From Daphnia carinata (taxonomy: Eukaryota), in the NCBI RefSeq assembly GCF_022539665.2, contig NC_081333.1:1240001-1304000 (forward strand): DNA of 64,000 nucleotides, written 5' to 3'. Below, piece by piece: positions 52,250-64,000 of the stretch. The notes under the pieces were generated by a model. It did no database searches, was not told the DNA's origin, and worked only from the letters and a program-made list of their open reading frames with translations. Each line of letters starts with the position of its first letter. Position 1 is the first letter of the stretch. The translations under genes were made by a program, and so were the position numbers.

Positions 52250-52967
52250 TTATTGCGCCAATAGTTTGAATGCAGCCAGCCTCTCCCTCATTATTTCTTC
52301 CATAATTGTAACATTACGCTTAGCACCTCTGGTCAGGAACTTGGTTGCAAACACTTCAATGAGCCAGCTCATTCTTCCAAAACCAATCATTTCAATAACT
52401 CCTTCTTGTGTAAACAGGGTCCTGTCAAAGATACAGAAACAAACATGGCTATCATTTGTAATAGTTTTGGTGATAATTGGCAAAATACCAATTTGGGTTC
52501 TCTGAGGCTGGTGAAAATGTAGAACTCTCAGTCATCACAGCATAATTCTGGTAGCCTAACGGTTTACTTTTAAGTTGTGCTATTCTCCTATTTGTATCAA
52601 TCCAGCATTCTTCCTCATACACAATGTTAGGGACATCAAGAACTTTGAGCTGAATACAAAAATAAATGATAAATATAACTATGAAGCATTAACATGGTAA
52701 AAATTCTACCTTTCGAAATACACTAGGGAGCACATTTAAGCAGGTGACAATAACCTTTAGATAAAGGTGATTGCCTGGTCCTTTTGACAAAAATACTTAT
52801 TGTTGCAAGACTGAGTTAAAGAATGAGTTTTTACTACCTTTTTTTGATTCGACAACTTCAGCTCCAACGATGTTTTTTTCCTTTTCAGTTGGATATTTTG
52901 TTAAATGAGTATGCGTTACCAGTTCCCAGGGAAATTCATATATATGTTGAAATGTGAATTTCCCCAT
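52250..52967 (-). CDS. PRELID2: PRELI-domain lipid-transfer protein (PRELID2-like), 4 exons
   Basis: Spliced translation MGKFTFQHIYEFPWELVTHTHLTKYP...CLNVLPSVFRK|LKVLDVPNIVYEEECW...SENPNW|TLFTQEG...IEVFATKFLTRGA matches the PRELID2 pattern. Confidence 0.88.
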
Positions 52968-53689
52968 TGTGAAAAAAACGTGTGATGGTGTGCACGATTC
53001 AGATCTTCAATGGTCCGTTGACAGGCTGGCCGGGTTTGAGACTCTTGACTGACAACCGTGGCGCCGGTACGTAAAAAAATCGTCTGTTTATATTGAACTA
53101 CAGCGTTGCCATTTCAATATATTTATTTGAAGCAAATTTCACGATAAGCCAGTAATCGCCAACGCAATAAGGCAATAGCTGATAGTCGATTTTAAATGTG
53201 AAAAAAGAATGATGGATTCCATTTTTCATCCTACATTTGTGCCAAAGCAGGTGATTTTTGCATTAGTAGCAAAAACCTTGTGGACTCTTGTCACTCCAAC
53301 AATGATAACAATTATCTTATTCTCTAAACTATCTGCTTCGACAGTCGATAAATAGAAGTGAGATGAAAACCAAACATGTTCACTAAATGTATGTTCAGAT
53401 CGTATAACTTGTACAGAGATAATATATTTAATTTAAAAAAATTATTTCAATTTAGCATAAAAGCTTTTGTCTCAGCGCATATCATACTCGTCCAGGTGGG
53501 CGAGAGTATTAAATTCAGTTTATACAGAAACGAGTGAGGCGTGACTAGCAAATTAAATAAGGTCATGTTTGTCATGGAAGCGGAGGGCAACCTGACCCTC
53601 AGAGAGCGTGAATGATGTTACAGTGAAGGTGTGCTACTGTCGAAGATGGTAGTCAATGTCCGGCATCAAGCAGTCAAGCAAACATATTC

Positions 53690-56600
53690 ATCTCCCTAAG
53701 TTTGTCCCCTTTTGTTAGAAAATGCGAAAAACAAAAGTATTAAATAAGATATTTGCCATCGATCAAGGGCGCAGTTTCGTATTGTTACCGATGGTTTTGA
53801 TCTTGCGACCAAGAATTTTGGAGTTGGGCAAAATCAGTTGGGTATTGGGTCGTACGATTTGCATTGAATGTTCAAGGATTTTGTGCTCATACAGTGTTTG
53901 AACAGCGTCGTGTCTCAAGCGTGATTCGATAAATAAATTGAACATTGCCGTTTCGGTGAACCATTCCAAGAAATCGCGGACACTCGAATTCGAATGGTTC
54001 CGAGTAAAAGCGGCTCGCTAATTGAATGTGAGAAAACCAAAATGTTATGTGTCTGGTTAACCAGAACCAAACAAACCAATAGGAAAAAAAAAAGAATACC
54101 TCAAAGTACTTGTGGCCAGAATCGCTACAGTGAATGTTCTGCTCATAGTGACCGCAGAGGTCGACAAACATCCGCAAAAAGCTCTCGCTGTAAAGAGCAT
54201 TGCGGGCAGTTTCCGCTTGTTGAGTGATATTGACGGTCACCTCCCAGTCTGACATGAGCTTACGCACGCTCCGTCGAGGCAGAATGGTTGATTCGTCACC
54301 AACGTTATGGAGGACTTTGCCGCTATCCAAATCAACCAGCATACCCTAAATAAAAATGAGAGATTAACACTAGAAAAAAAAAACGATGGAATATTTATGT
54401 TATGATAATGAATACCTGATCAGGGTAGATGGACTTCCAATCGTCGACATTTTTAGACAAAAGGCCTAGTATAAAAGGTGTGGGAGCTGATGCTATTTCC
54501 GTCATGGACTGAGGAAGGACGGGCACGATAGTGTGCTGCCATACAAATGGGTAGAGCATAGACTGAACAGCGTCGATGCAAAGCGACAGCACACTAAAAA
54601 TCAATAATTGCATGTAAATACGTTGAAGCACTAGTTGAAAAACAAAGGAATTACCTGAGATTTTGACTGACAAAAATGAGTTTTCTTTCCAATAGGACAG
54701 TGCCCAAGACGTGGAGGACGACCGTTTCGTTAAGCCGTTCAAAGAGTACCCTCAAATCGATGTCCTCCAGACGTCCGTCGAGTAACCGCTGTACTTTGTT
54801 GACCTTATTTCCACTGACGGGACTTTCGGCGGGGAATTCAACAAAACGGCCCGGATTTGGAAATGGTTGTTTGTGCAAACAATCGAGCAGAGCTAGACGC
54901 TGGGACACCGAGACCCCGTGCCGCGACACCATGACGTTCAACAGCTGTCGAGATTCAGAAAATGGCGATTAAAATTATATTGCTAATAAAAATAAAAGGA
55001 AAAAAAAAGAAATCGATGTTTTTTACCTTGTTGTAAAACCCGGCCGCTCGATGGCGGCTCAATAAGCAATACGTGATGGGAATGCAGGTTTGAGCTCCTT
55101 CTGGAACCACCCGTCGGCAATAGCCGTACATTCGATCGCCTTTGGAATCGGTCAAGATGATGGTGTACGGTTCACCGGCCGTCTGTAGTGGTGGCGGCCA
55201 ATGCGTTGAATCCGGGAAGCAAAAATGTTCCATGCCAGAAGGGACAGCTGACTGAAAGATTGATATAGAAAAATTACATTTGATTATTCACTCGACGATT
55301 TAAAAAGCAAGTAGCAGAGATACCGATTTGGGATAGCTGGATTTGATGTAAGGAGTGTGAAGATGTTGATGACGGTCGTAAAAGAGAGCCACTTCGAGGA
55401 AGGTTTCAAAAAGGCCGGCTCCGGGTTCAACGTTGGTGGACAACGGTCTAGAGGCTTTTCTCAGGTCGCAAACGTTACTGGAGACTCGGCGGACGTAAAT
55501 TTTTCTATCCTCCACCAGCTGACTCTTCCTGTTTTGAGGTAATAAAACAAAACTCCGATAATGTCAGAATGATTTAAAAAAAAAAAATTGTACCTGAAAT
55601 CGTTTTCCGACTCGCAGTCGCTGTCGTCGGTGACCCTCATCTCGTTGTGCCAACTGTGGATATCGTTGACTTCCATAATGGGTGAACACTACGTAAATAG
55701 AAAACAAGCAAAATATTGAAAAACCATCATGTTTTGTGGGGTATTATACAGAATTCAACAACAAAAAATAAAGCCATTTTTAGTGTCGGTCAAGAACGTA
55801 ACGGACCACGGTTGCAGCTGTTTATTCGTTTCGGGTTAACGGTGGTTGCGGAAGCACACATGTCACACGCAAAATCCATCGTCTTAGATGAACGGATTTT
55901 TTTTTCTTGTTGCCCCGCTGAGACGTAGCGCTATTTCTGTCATTGCCGTAAGTCATAAATAGAACATTTTTTTTTTTTCATTTTTTCCCATCTGTTCGAT
56001 GTTTTTTTGACGGATCCCCTGAACGGAAGCGGATACGCTGGGGTATGAAGAGATAGATATCAAACTTTCAAAATTCTTTCCTTATGTCGAAATGCAGTCA
56101 AAATCGAATACAAGGAAAACAAAATATATAAAATTTAATAGCGATAACGAAAATCTTCTCACGGTCAGTTTGGGGAAATGATAAAAAAAAATTAAATAGT
56201 AAAAATATTAAAAACAAAAAAACAAATTCACATCGGGAACTAGTTTTACGACTATGGCGGAAAGCATTATTGAAAAACCATCGGAGTTTGCCCAGACCAA
56301 GAGTGTTTGAAATAGCCATCCGTGAGAAACAAAAAAGGGAGTCAGCTGCATAAGAAAAATAAAATACAACGACAGCGTTTTCCACCCTCTTATTTTTTTT
56401 TCTCTCCGGCGGTCATTCCTCTACCTATCATCAACATGCCTATTAGGCCAATGTGTTACGGGCTTCCTTTAAGACCACCCGCAAACGTTGGGAAAAAAGA
56501 TTTCAAACCAAAAGAAAAAAAAAAACGTCAAAGTATGTGCGTTAATTTAAATAGCCAAGGACGTGTCGGTCTTTATTTTTGTTTTTTAACTTTCCCTGTG

Positions 56601-58174
56601 AAGCAATTGATGATCGGACTTTATTTTCCCAATGTGATGGATGTTATTTTCCTCTTTGAAAATAATTTTTTTTTTTTTTGCAGTTGTACGTTTCGAAATT
56701 TCGTGCTGCACAACACGTTACTTTCTTTTTGGCATAACCATACGAATCTGATTATTGCATGTTTTGGCTCCGTCTTGATGGGCCGATCGATTCTATCGCC
56801 ATGGGGGAGGGACAAAAAAGGTGGAACAAAACAATAGACTTACGGCTTCATGGAAAATAGACGACTCTCTTTCGTTTTCTTAGTTCAACACAAAGCGAAA
56901 CGTATTGGAAAAAGAAAAGGTCAGGAATGCCTCACCATGTAATGCAGGCCGCCCTCAAGCGTGGGTTGTTCATAGACGTGGCCGAGCGAGACGGGAGAGT
57001 CTTTACGACCGTGAAATCCCAGCAACCCCGGAGTTGTCGACGACTGCCAGGTAAACTCGGAGCTACTCGGACGGCGCCTTCCTGCGTCAAAATCGCAGCT
57101 CATCCTCCTCGTTGGTTCTAGATGGCGAGCGGCCACATTTTTGCCTCCATGACGCGTTCCGTTCCTCCCTTGCACTAAAGCCGGATCGGATATGGTCAGC
57201 ATGGAAGCCGATACTCGAGGACTCGTTTGTTTCTTCAAAGGAGACTTGGTCACGCACGGTGTCGGTGAGAAACTGTTCCACTGTACAGGGTTTAGCCATC
57301 GACTCTCCTTGAAATAGAATTCAACATCGTCTAAAGGCGATCGCCTCAGGTCTTCCACAGCTGGAACTTCTTCCGATTCGACGGACTTTTTCCGGCCCAA
57401 TAGAAACGGTTCCGTTTTAGACCGGCTCATCGTGAAAGGCGATCCGAGAGCGATGCTCGTCGGTCTGGCAGGTTTGGCCGGACTTTGTAGGGCTTTGTTC
57501 CGTCGCACCGGACGTTGTGGGCTGCTATCCGGTTCATCGGTGACATTCTGCTGCTGAATGAATGCATCGTGAACGAATGTTCGAGGTGGTTTTTTAGGCG
57601 CTGGGCCGGTGGGTAGTGGCGCTTTTAACGCCTCTTCTATCAGTGGATCGTTTTCGATTGTAGCCGTCGGTTCGGGGCTGAGATTCGGTTTGGATGTGCG
57701 ATCCACTCCAGGCTTCCGTCTGAGACTCGGTTTTTTATGATTCTTGATGATGATCACGTTGGGATCCTTTAGGCCATTTCGGATAAGTGAAGGTTTCTTT
57801 AAAATGTTTTCGGGAATGGCTTCCGCCGGTTTGAGTCCCGTTCGAAACGCCGGACTCCGTTTGATACTGGTGCGATTGCTGTGTTGCTGAAACCCACCGC
57901 CGGTTGAACTGTGGTCACTTTCGCTAGCGTTACTCGATCCACTATGGTTTGAGTCGACTTCCGACAGAATTTCCGGTTGTTCGTTACGACTTGGGGGCGG
58001 AGTTTGTTGTTGCTGAATTTCAAATCTTTCTCGAATCGATTGCACAGTAACGCGCCGAGGTTCGCACACGTTATCCGTGTTTCTTTCCGTGAATCTATTT
58101 TCTCTCCTTCCTTTGTGTTTCAGTCCGTTTGAGAAGTCTGTTTTCAGTTAGTCCATGTCGGCTCCCTGGCCCAT
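53690..58174 (-). CDS. DENND2: DENN-domain Rab GEF, DENND2/ST5-like; start and last exon uncertain, with an in-frame TAA at 58148-58150
   Basis: Disordered N-terminal exon with PKKPPRTF; uDENN HFCFPD...ILTDSKGDRMYGYCRRVVPEG; cDENN LLERKLIFVS, LYPFVWQHTIVPVLP, APTPFILG; dDENN FLRMFVDLCGHY, FTETAMFNLFI. Confidence 0.88.
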
Positions 58175-61100
58175 TTGAACAATCCAGACAGTCCTGTCGT
58201 AAAAAGAGGGGGGAACAAAAAGAAAAAAAACCAAACTCATTAGAAAAAGAGTTGACACTGGTTACTGACGATGGCAACTCACTTCACAAGATCATAAAAA
58301 GCAAAGAAAAAGAGAAGGAAAAGATGGGAAAGTCGTTTTCCCAGACCGCAGAAGCCAATCGAGAAGCCGGGTGATTTTTGGTGGTCGACCAAGGTGCGAG
58401 TCACTCGCCAGAGGATTTCTATTAACGCCTTCTTATGTGTTTTACGAATATCTATCCGTTTGAGATTTTTTTTTTTTTGAAATGGTAAATACTATTTAAA
58501 CTGAGAAAGAACAAGGTACCTAAATCACTGCTAGTGTTTGACGCTCTCTCGATAACAAAAGAGTTCAAACAACAACAATTTTAACCGGCTTTTTGTTATT
58601 CGTAAATAGATGCAAAAATGAATTTCGATTTTTCCGCAGTCTCTTTTGTGGTTACGACAGAAAAAATGGGCGGGCGGAGTGACCTACTTGAACACACACA
58701 CACAGTAGAATAAAAGAGTGGCAAAGGGCAGGTAAATAAAAAGAAAAATGATTAAAATCTAACAGAAGATAATGAGCCTCGTTCTTTTTGAGTGACAACA
58801 GACAAATTATATGTCGTTTTTTCTTTCCTAGTCTTAGTTTTTAATTGAAAGGGGAATTAAATGTGGAAACGTAGCAGACGACGCTGGCGTAATTCAAGTT
58901 GGCTGGCCTTCAACAGTGTTCGATTCAACAATCTCCATGTTTGGGCAACGGATAAATCTCCTCCCACAATCGTTACAGGTAGAACGAGCAAATATAAAGA
59001 ACTTACGTTATCTTTAAGGAAACTCCAAATGAATTCTGACCTTTACTGGCAAAAATACACAGACACACACACACACATACGAACAATTACACACACCCAG
59101 CTCGGACCGTAGTTCCAGTGCAACTGGCTCTCCCTTCCTCTCAGTCCCAACTGTCATTTTCCCAACATTTTTTCCTTTCCCATCGAAGGCGAACGGGGTA
59201 GTTTAGATTTTTCACCGCAATGGCGCTGGCGGCTATCCTGCCAAACTAATAGCTCCCCTTCTTTCGGCGTGCAAACTTGTTGCAATTTGAACTCGACAGT
59301 GATCAAACAAATGAAACACAATAGGTTAACGGTACAATTGTGCAACTTTCCCTTTCTGTTTTCAAAATAAGTGAGTTCATTTTCATACGTTTTTGTCTCC
59401 AAAACACCACATTTTTATGGTCACGTCACCTCCCAACTCAAAGTTTACGTAGACACACATACGTTTGGGAGGTCTGTTGAATCTTAATTGTTGTTAGTTG
59501 GAGATCGTGCAGCAGCAATCTCTTTTGGTCTCTCTCTCCACGATTTTTCACTTCTTCCCAACGTGACTTTCTAGTTTTTCTTGAAAAAAAAAAAAGCGGA
59601 ACAATAGCGAGAGTATAGTGAATCTCACCCACTTTTTTTAACGTTGCAACTCGTCGACAAACCAACTTCATGAACGACTTGTGGAAGATGGAAAAACAAA
59701 CATGCTTGATCAACAGTCTAGTGCAATTGTCCTTTACTTTCCAGTGATTTCCCATTCGATCTACATTACGACACGAATGTAATCGGAACATGATCAAGCT
59801 CGTTGTATCAGAGCCACGTTTTAATTAGGCTTCTCGTAAAGCCTTTAACATCCGACAGTCTAATTTACGAAGAACTCGACACTGTGGGATGCAAGAGAAA
59901 TCTACAAACGAACAAAAGAAAACAACAAACTGTTCAGCAACTAGATATGGCGTCCACGTTTTGAATGGATGCTCACCGTTTTCTCCAGGTAAAGTGTCGT
60001 TTTTATTGTAACGTGATCTCTACGTCTAAGCGAAACTTTTTTTGTGCAGCGTATTTTCACTTAGTCAATAGTTTAGCGTACGTGATTATTGTTTTGTTGC
60101 CAGCTGTCTATATATCACATGACATGCGGCAGGAAACGCGACAGGTAATATAAAGTAGCCAGAGGTGGGATCAGAGGTGGTAACCTCGATATACACTCTG
60201 CAGAGGGCAAAACAAAAGAGTTATCCACCCTCATTTTGTTTGGTTTTTTTCCCCTCAGAGGGCATATTAAAGCATTGCCTCACATGAAGGGTAGGCCTAT
60301 TTTTTATTATTTGGAAGTGTAATTATCGTCGGTATCTTTTCAAAGAGTATTTCAACGTTAGATGGAAGCACATAGGATGATGAATGCGATTGGTGTCAAA
60401 GTGTAGAAACAAAATTCGAATGGCATCGTTGTTAAAACTCTTAGGGGGGAATGATTTTCTTTAACTTAAATCTGATAAATTGTGTCTCTAGACATTGATG
60501 GAATGACGCCGCTACATTTTATACTTTGGTGAGCATGAGGTCCAAGATGTACCACACCGTGACGAACTTGTCTTTTTTCCCCCTCATCCGGTCCCTGCAC
60601 CGAGAACTCTTGAAAAAAAATTTCATTCTCTTCTGTTATTTGTACAAATACCAAGTTTCCTTTCCTCAGCATACTTTTGTGTGGCTCTCCTCATTCAGAC
60701 TCTCTCTTTTTCTTCTGAATTTATTTTTCTTTTAAAAATATTAATAAAAATTAGGTGAAATCTAGTGAAAAGGAGGCTCGTAGTTGCCCAGCAGCGTAGT
60801 TTAATCGTAGAGGCCCAACGATTAGCCCGTCCAGTTTTTTTTTTCTTTTTTATAACACAGCGTCCCTTGCTTTCGTCGGATCAATTCAAAATGGCCTAAT
60901 GAGATAAAAAGCGTAAGGAGAAAGGTAGATTTGCGGCTCTACTTTGATACATGCTTGTTGAAAGAGTTTGATGGATCAAACTTGCATGCACCTCTTTATC
61001 CAGGGACTAATCCATCAAGGGCGTCAGGAAACGAACTGTGTCCTTTCAACGTAGAAGGCCACACAATAAAAAAAAAAAGGCTTTCAAATGTTTTTATACG

Positions 61101-63705
61101 TTTCATGTTATAAGGAAGAGAATCTCGAATAGAAGGAAGACCTCGATAAAAATAATGAAGAATGAGAGATATGTAACTGTAGAGAAAACGACCGTCGAAA
61201 CATTTGAACCGTATACACGACAGTAACAACTATAATTGTCCTTCCCCGTGCTTGACTTTTGTGTCACGAGGAATTAGGAAGGAAAAAAAAAAAAGATTTG
61301 CTTATTCAGCTATTTAGTTGTTTGTTACGGTGCGGAAGCGTGACCGTGAAAAAAGCTGTCGCGCGACACATTTCGCCTTCCGAGATTGAAATTTGACCGA
61401 AATTGTACACGTTGATGCTTTTGTCTTGTATTGCGCTAGATGTACTCTAACAAGATGACACCAAAAAACACTAAAGCGGAACAAAAAGAAGGAAAAAATT
61501 AAAACTAAAAAGTCCGTTAGCGTGCACAATCTCCAAAAGACCTTTTTATTTACCATAATGTGAATTAAACGCCGTCAAACGGACCGTAAAGAACCGGGTC
61601 AACGTTTTTATTTTATTCCCGGCTATTCCCACCAATTCGTGTTGTTTCAACCCAAAAAGAGAAGAAGAACGTCCCGTCTACAACATGGTGGAAGAAAATC
61701 GAAGATAATGACGTCCATATATTTCTTATCGCTGTCGTTACACACACACACATCTGGTCAAACTGTAGTGGTCACGGCAGCAAGAAACAAACCGTTCCTC
61801 CTCGTCATCAGCGTTTTTTTTTTCGTGATAATGTCGGATGATTGCAGGTATAGGTTCGCATGTAGACATACAAAGCGACGTGTTTTGGTCACGAAAACAA
61901 AGACCTTCATTGCATGTGTTTTGAATGGGAGAAAAACACAAACCGGTTATAAAAAAAATGGTGACCGCACTGCTGGCTTACGTCAATAATATTCTATCTA
62001 AAAACAGCAAAACGACCTTCGTAGTCTTACTACGCGTATATCTACGCAACCTCCGGGCGAATACCATTGTGGTTTGTTGAAGGGAAAAAACAAACATTTG
62101 GCATCCGATTATTGTCGTTTCCTTCAAGGAAACCGAACACAAGAACAAAAAAATTTCTGCCGTGGTAGTTAATCCAATTATTTCTCGTTTATAATTGTCT
62201 ACGTGGAACTGTATCGCACTGTTGAGCATCTTTTTCCGAGTCCGACTTGAGGTCTAACTATCTTTTGTTTTCCTCTTTGCGGTGGGGTTCAAAAAAAAAA
62301 AACGAGCCGAATGTCAGGCGGGGAGAACGACCCATCGTGAATGCATCAAAGACAATGAGCAGATGGATAGGAACGAAACACGAGCCTGGCTTCGTCGGGT
62401 CTGTAAATCACGACGGAGGGATCGGACTCTCACGACGTCACGAGACTCCCTACTGAAGGAAAATCCTGTTATCTCAGGCCGAATTATTCTTGGCGGTAGC
62501 GTTTGTGGAGAGATTTTTTTTTATTTTAAAAGAAGAAAGCAAAAGAAAAAAAAGAAAGGAAAACAAAAAATCCCACGTAGTGTTGGCTATGTTTTTCTCG
62601 CGTAACTCTTACGCCTATAGTTGCTTAGACAAGACGCTCGGTTGGAAATAATTTTTTTTTTTGTTTAGCTCTCGGCTATAAGAACCGTGAGCTCACGCCG
62701 GGCAGTACTCGCTGCTGTTCTTGGAGATGATGTCAAATTATAATAAGCTGTTAGACCGCTGAGGGGCACACGCTATAACTTGTCTAGTCTTCGTCACATT
62801 GGTGGATACGAAATACGTTTTTTGCACGGATGAACACAGTAGGTGTGGCTTTCGATCTTCTTTAATAGTTTTTTGTTGTCACGAAAGTATTCACACCAAT
62901 GTCCTGGAGCTAAGAGAATAAGCCAGGAGAAGGTCAAAACTATGGATGACCGTCAGCATCATTAACTTTCGCCAAAACGTGTGCAAGTCTACATTGTGTA
63001 AACAATAGGTACATGTATATGTACTCTAGTTCGTCCCACGAACCGGAGCAGATGGTGTAACCAAAGTTAAAACACAATAGATTACGATCAAACGGGTTTC
63101 TCCTTAGTTCAACGATCCTTTTCTCATATAATTTTGCATACTCATTCCCACTTTCGATGAGTTTTCTGGCCGATCGATTTACGTGCACTACAAGATTGTT
63201 AAGATGAGTGGATCGTGTAACATCAAAAATGTTTGTTTTGGTTTACAAAACGTGGCTCTTACCTGATGGACTGTTGGGTTGTGATTTGAAATTGAAGACG
63301 TTTGTGCACAAACGAAGCACTCGAACTGTTTGATTCGGATAACAGGAATAAACTGAATGGCCAACCCAATAATTGGGGAGAAACTGGTTCCCGTTATCTC
63401 CCGTTCAAATACACAAAAGAGAGCCAAGGCATGATTGGTGTATTGTGGGTTGGGTCGCTCAAAATGGAAAATGAAGCGAAACGTCCAAAAAAAACAACAA
63501 CAAAAGTTTCTATTTTTTACCGGAAGATGGACTTGAAGTAAATATCGATCAGCTGATTTCAATGTATTTTTTTTTTTAGTAGTCTCTCAAACTCTCAATG
63601 TCACGGATGTCAGAAACGCATCTTTGTCGCAATAAATTTACAGCTTGACGAGCTTTAATTTGCCGGTGATCACGTTGACTTTGATTCGTATATCCTCAAA
63701 GCTTT

Positions 63706-64000
63706 ATGGTAAGAGATTTTTTCCCCCTTTAGTATGTGTTTTTTTTTTTTTATTAACGTGTGCTTATGGTTTAGTAAAAGATCTGTATCGTTGCTGATTT
63801 ACAATCGATAATAATTCAAATTTTTGTTGAAATGAAATCTGCAAAACCTAAATTTATTACATCAAGTATTTTTCTTATAAGACTGAAGTTTCAACTAGCA
63901 GGGAGTGTGAGATTGTAGCACATGTCAAGATATATTTTTCTTTTGTGTTTTGTTTGCAGGCAGATCCAAAATTTGAAGAGCTTCTTGGAGAATTTATTCA
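63706..64000 (+). CDS. Probable 5' end of an unidentified gene running off the window (M|ADPKFEELLGEFI...)
   Basis: ATG directly followed by GTAAGA at 63706-63714; polypyrimidine tract plus CAG ending at 63959; open frame from 63960 to the edge. Confidence 0.45.

Noticed and set aside
56322..56837. 171-aa plus-strand ORF in a DENND2 intron
   Set aside because: Composition is driven by poly-A/poly-T tracts (K/F rich); spurious.
60788..60840. A-box-like TAGTTTAATCG followed by a T-run
   Set aside because: No B-box or T-arm and no cloverleaf.
62940..63188. 82-aa protein-like minus-strand ORF
   Set aside because: No identifiable family, and it lies just downstream of a probable donor site (intronic); unsupported without a homology search.

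Overview
Eukaryotic, intron-containing DNA (most introns about 55-75 nt, GT-AG, AT-rich). It is most likely a compact-genome arthropod such as a branchiopod crustacean (Daphnia-like; inference, not proven). I spliced the gene models by hand. Gene-dense housekeeping block (about 4-25 kb): akirin(-), NUS1/NgBR(+), PNISR(-), CPOX(+), DHDDS(-), REXO5-like DEDDh exonuclease copy A(+), HID1(-) with a secreted LRR gene nested antisense in one intron, and REXO5-like copy B(-). Then: Chd64/transgelin(-), about 9 kb of non-coding DNA containing CArG boxes, a multi-exon rhodopsin-class peptide GPCR(-), CHMP1(-), POP4(+), PRELID2(-), a DENND2/ST5-like gene(-), and the start of an unidentified gene at the right edge. 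The first ~3 kb looks like decayed coding sequence. Most notable: (1) both subunits of the heteromeric cis-prenyltransferase (NUS1 and DHDDS) lie within 8 kb; (2) an LRR gene fills 95% of a HID1 intron; (3) an inverted exonuclease duplication brackets HID1; (4) a single in-frame TAA separates the DENND2 start ATGs from its long ORF; (5) PNISR has a GC-AG intron with a candidate 22-nt poison exon. I found no rRNA, convincing tRNA, CRISPR array or intact transposon.
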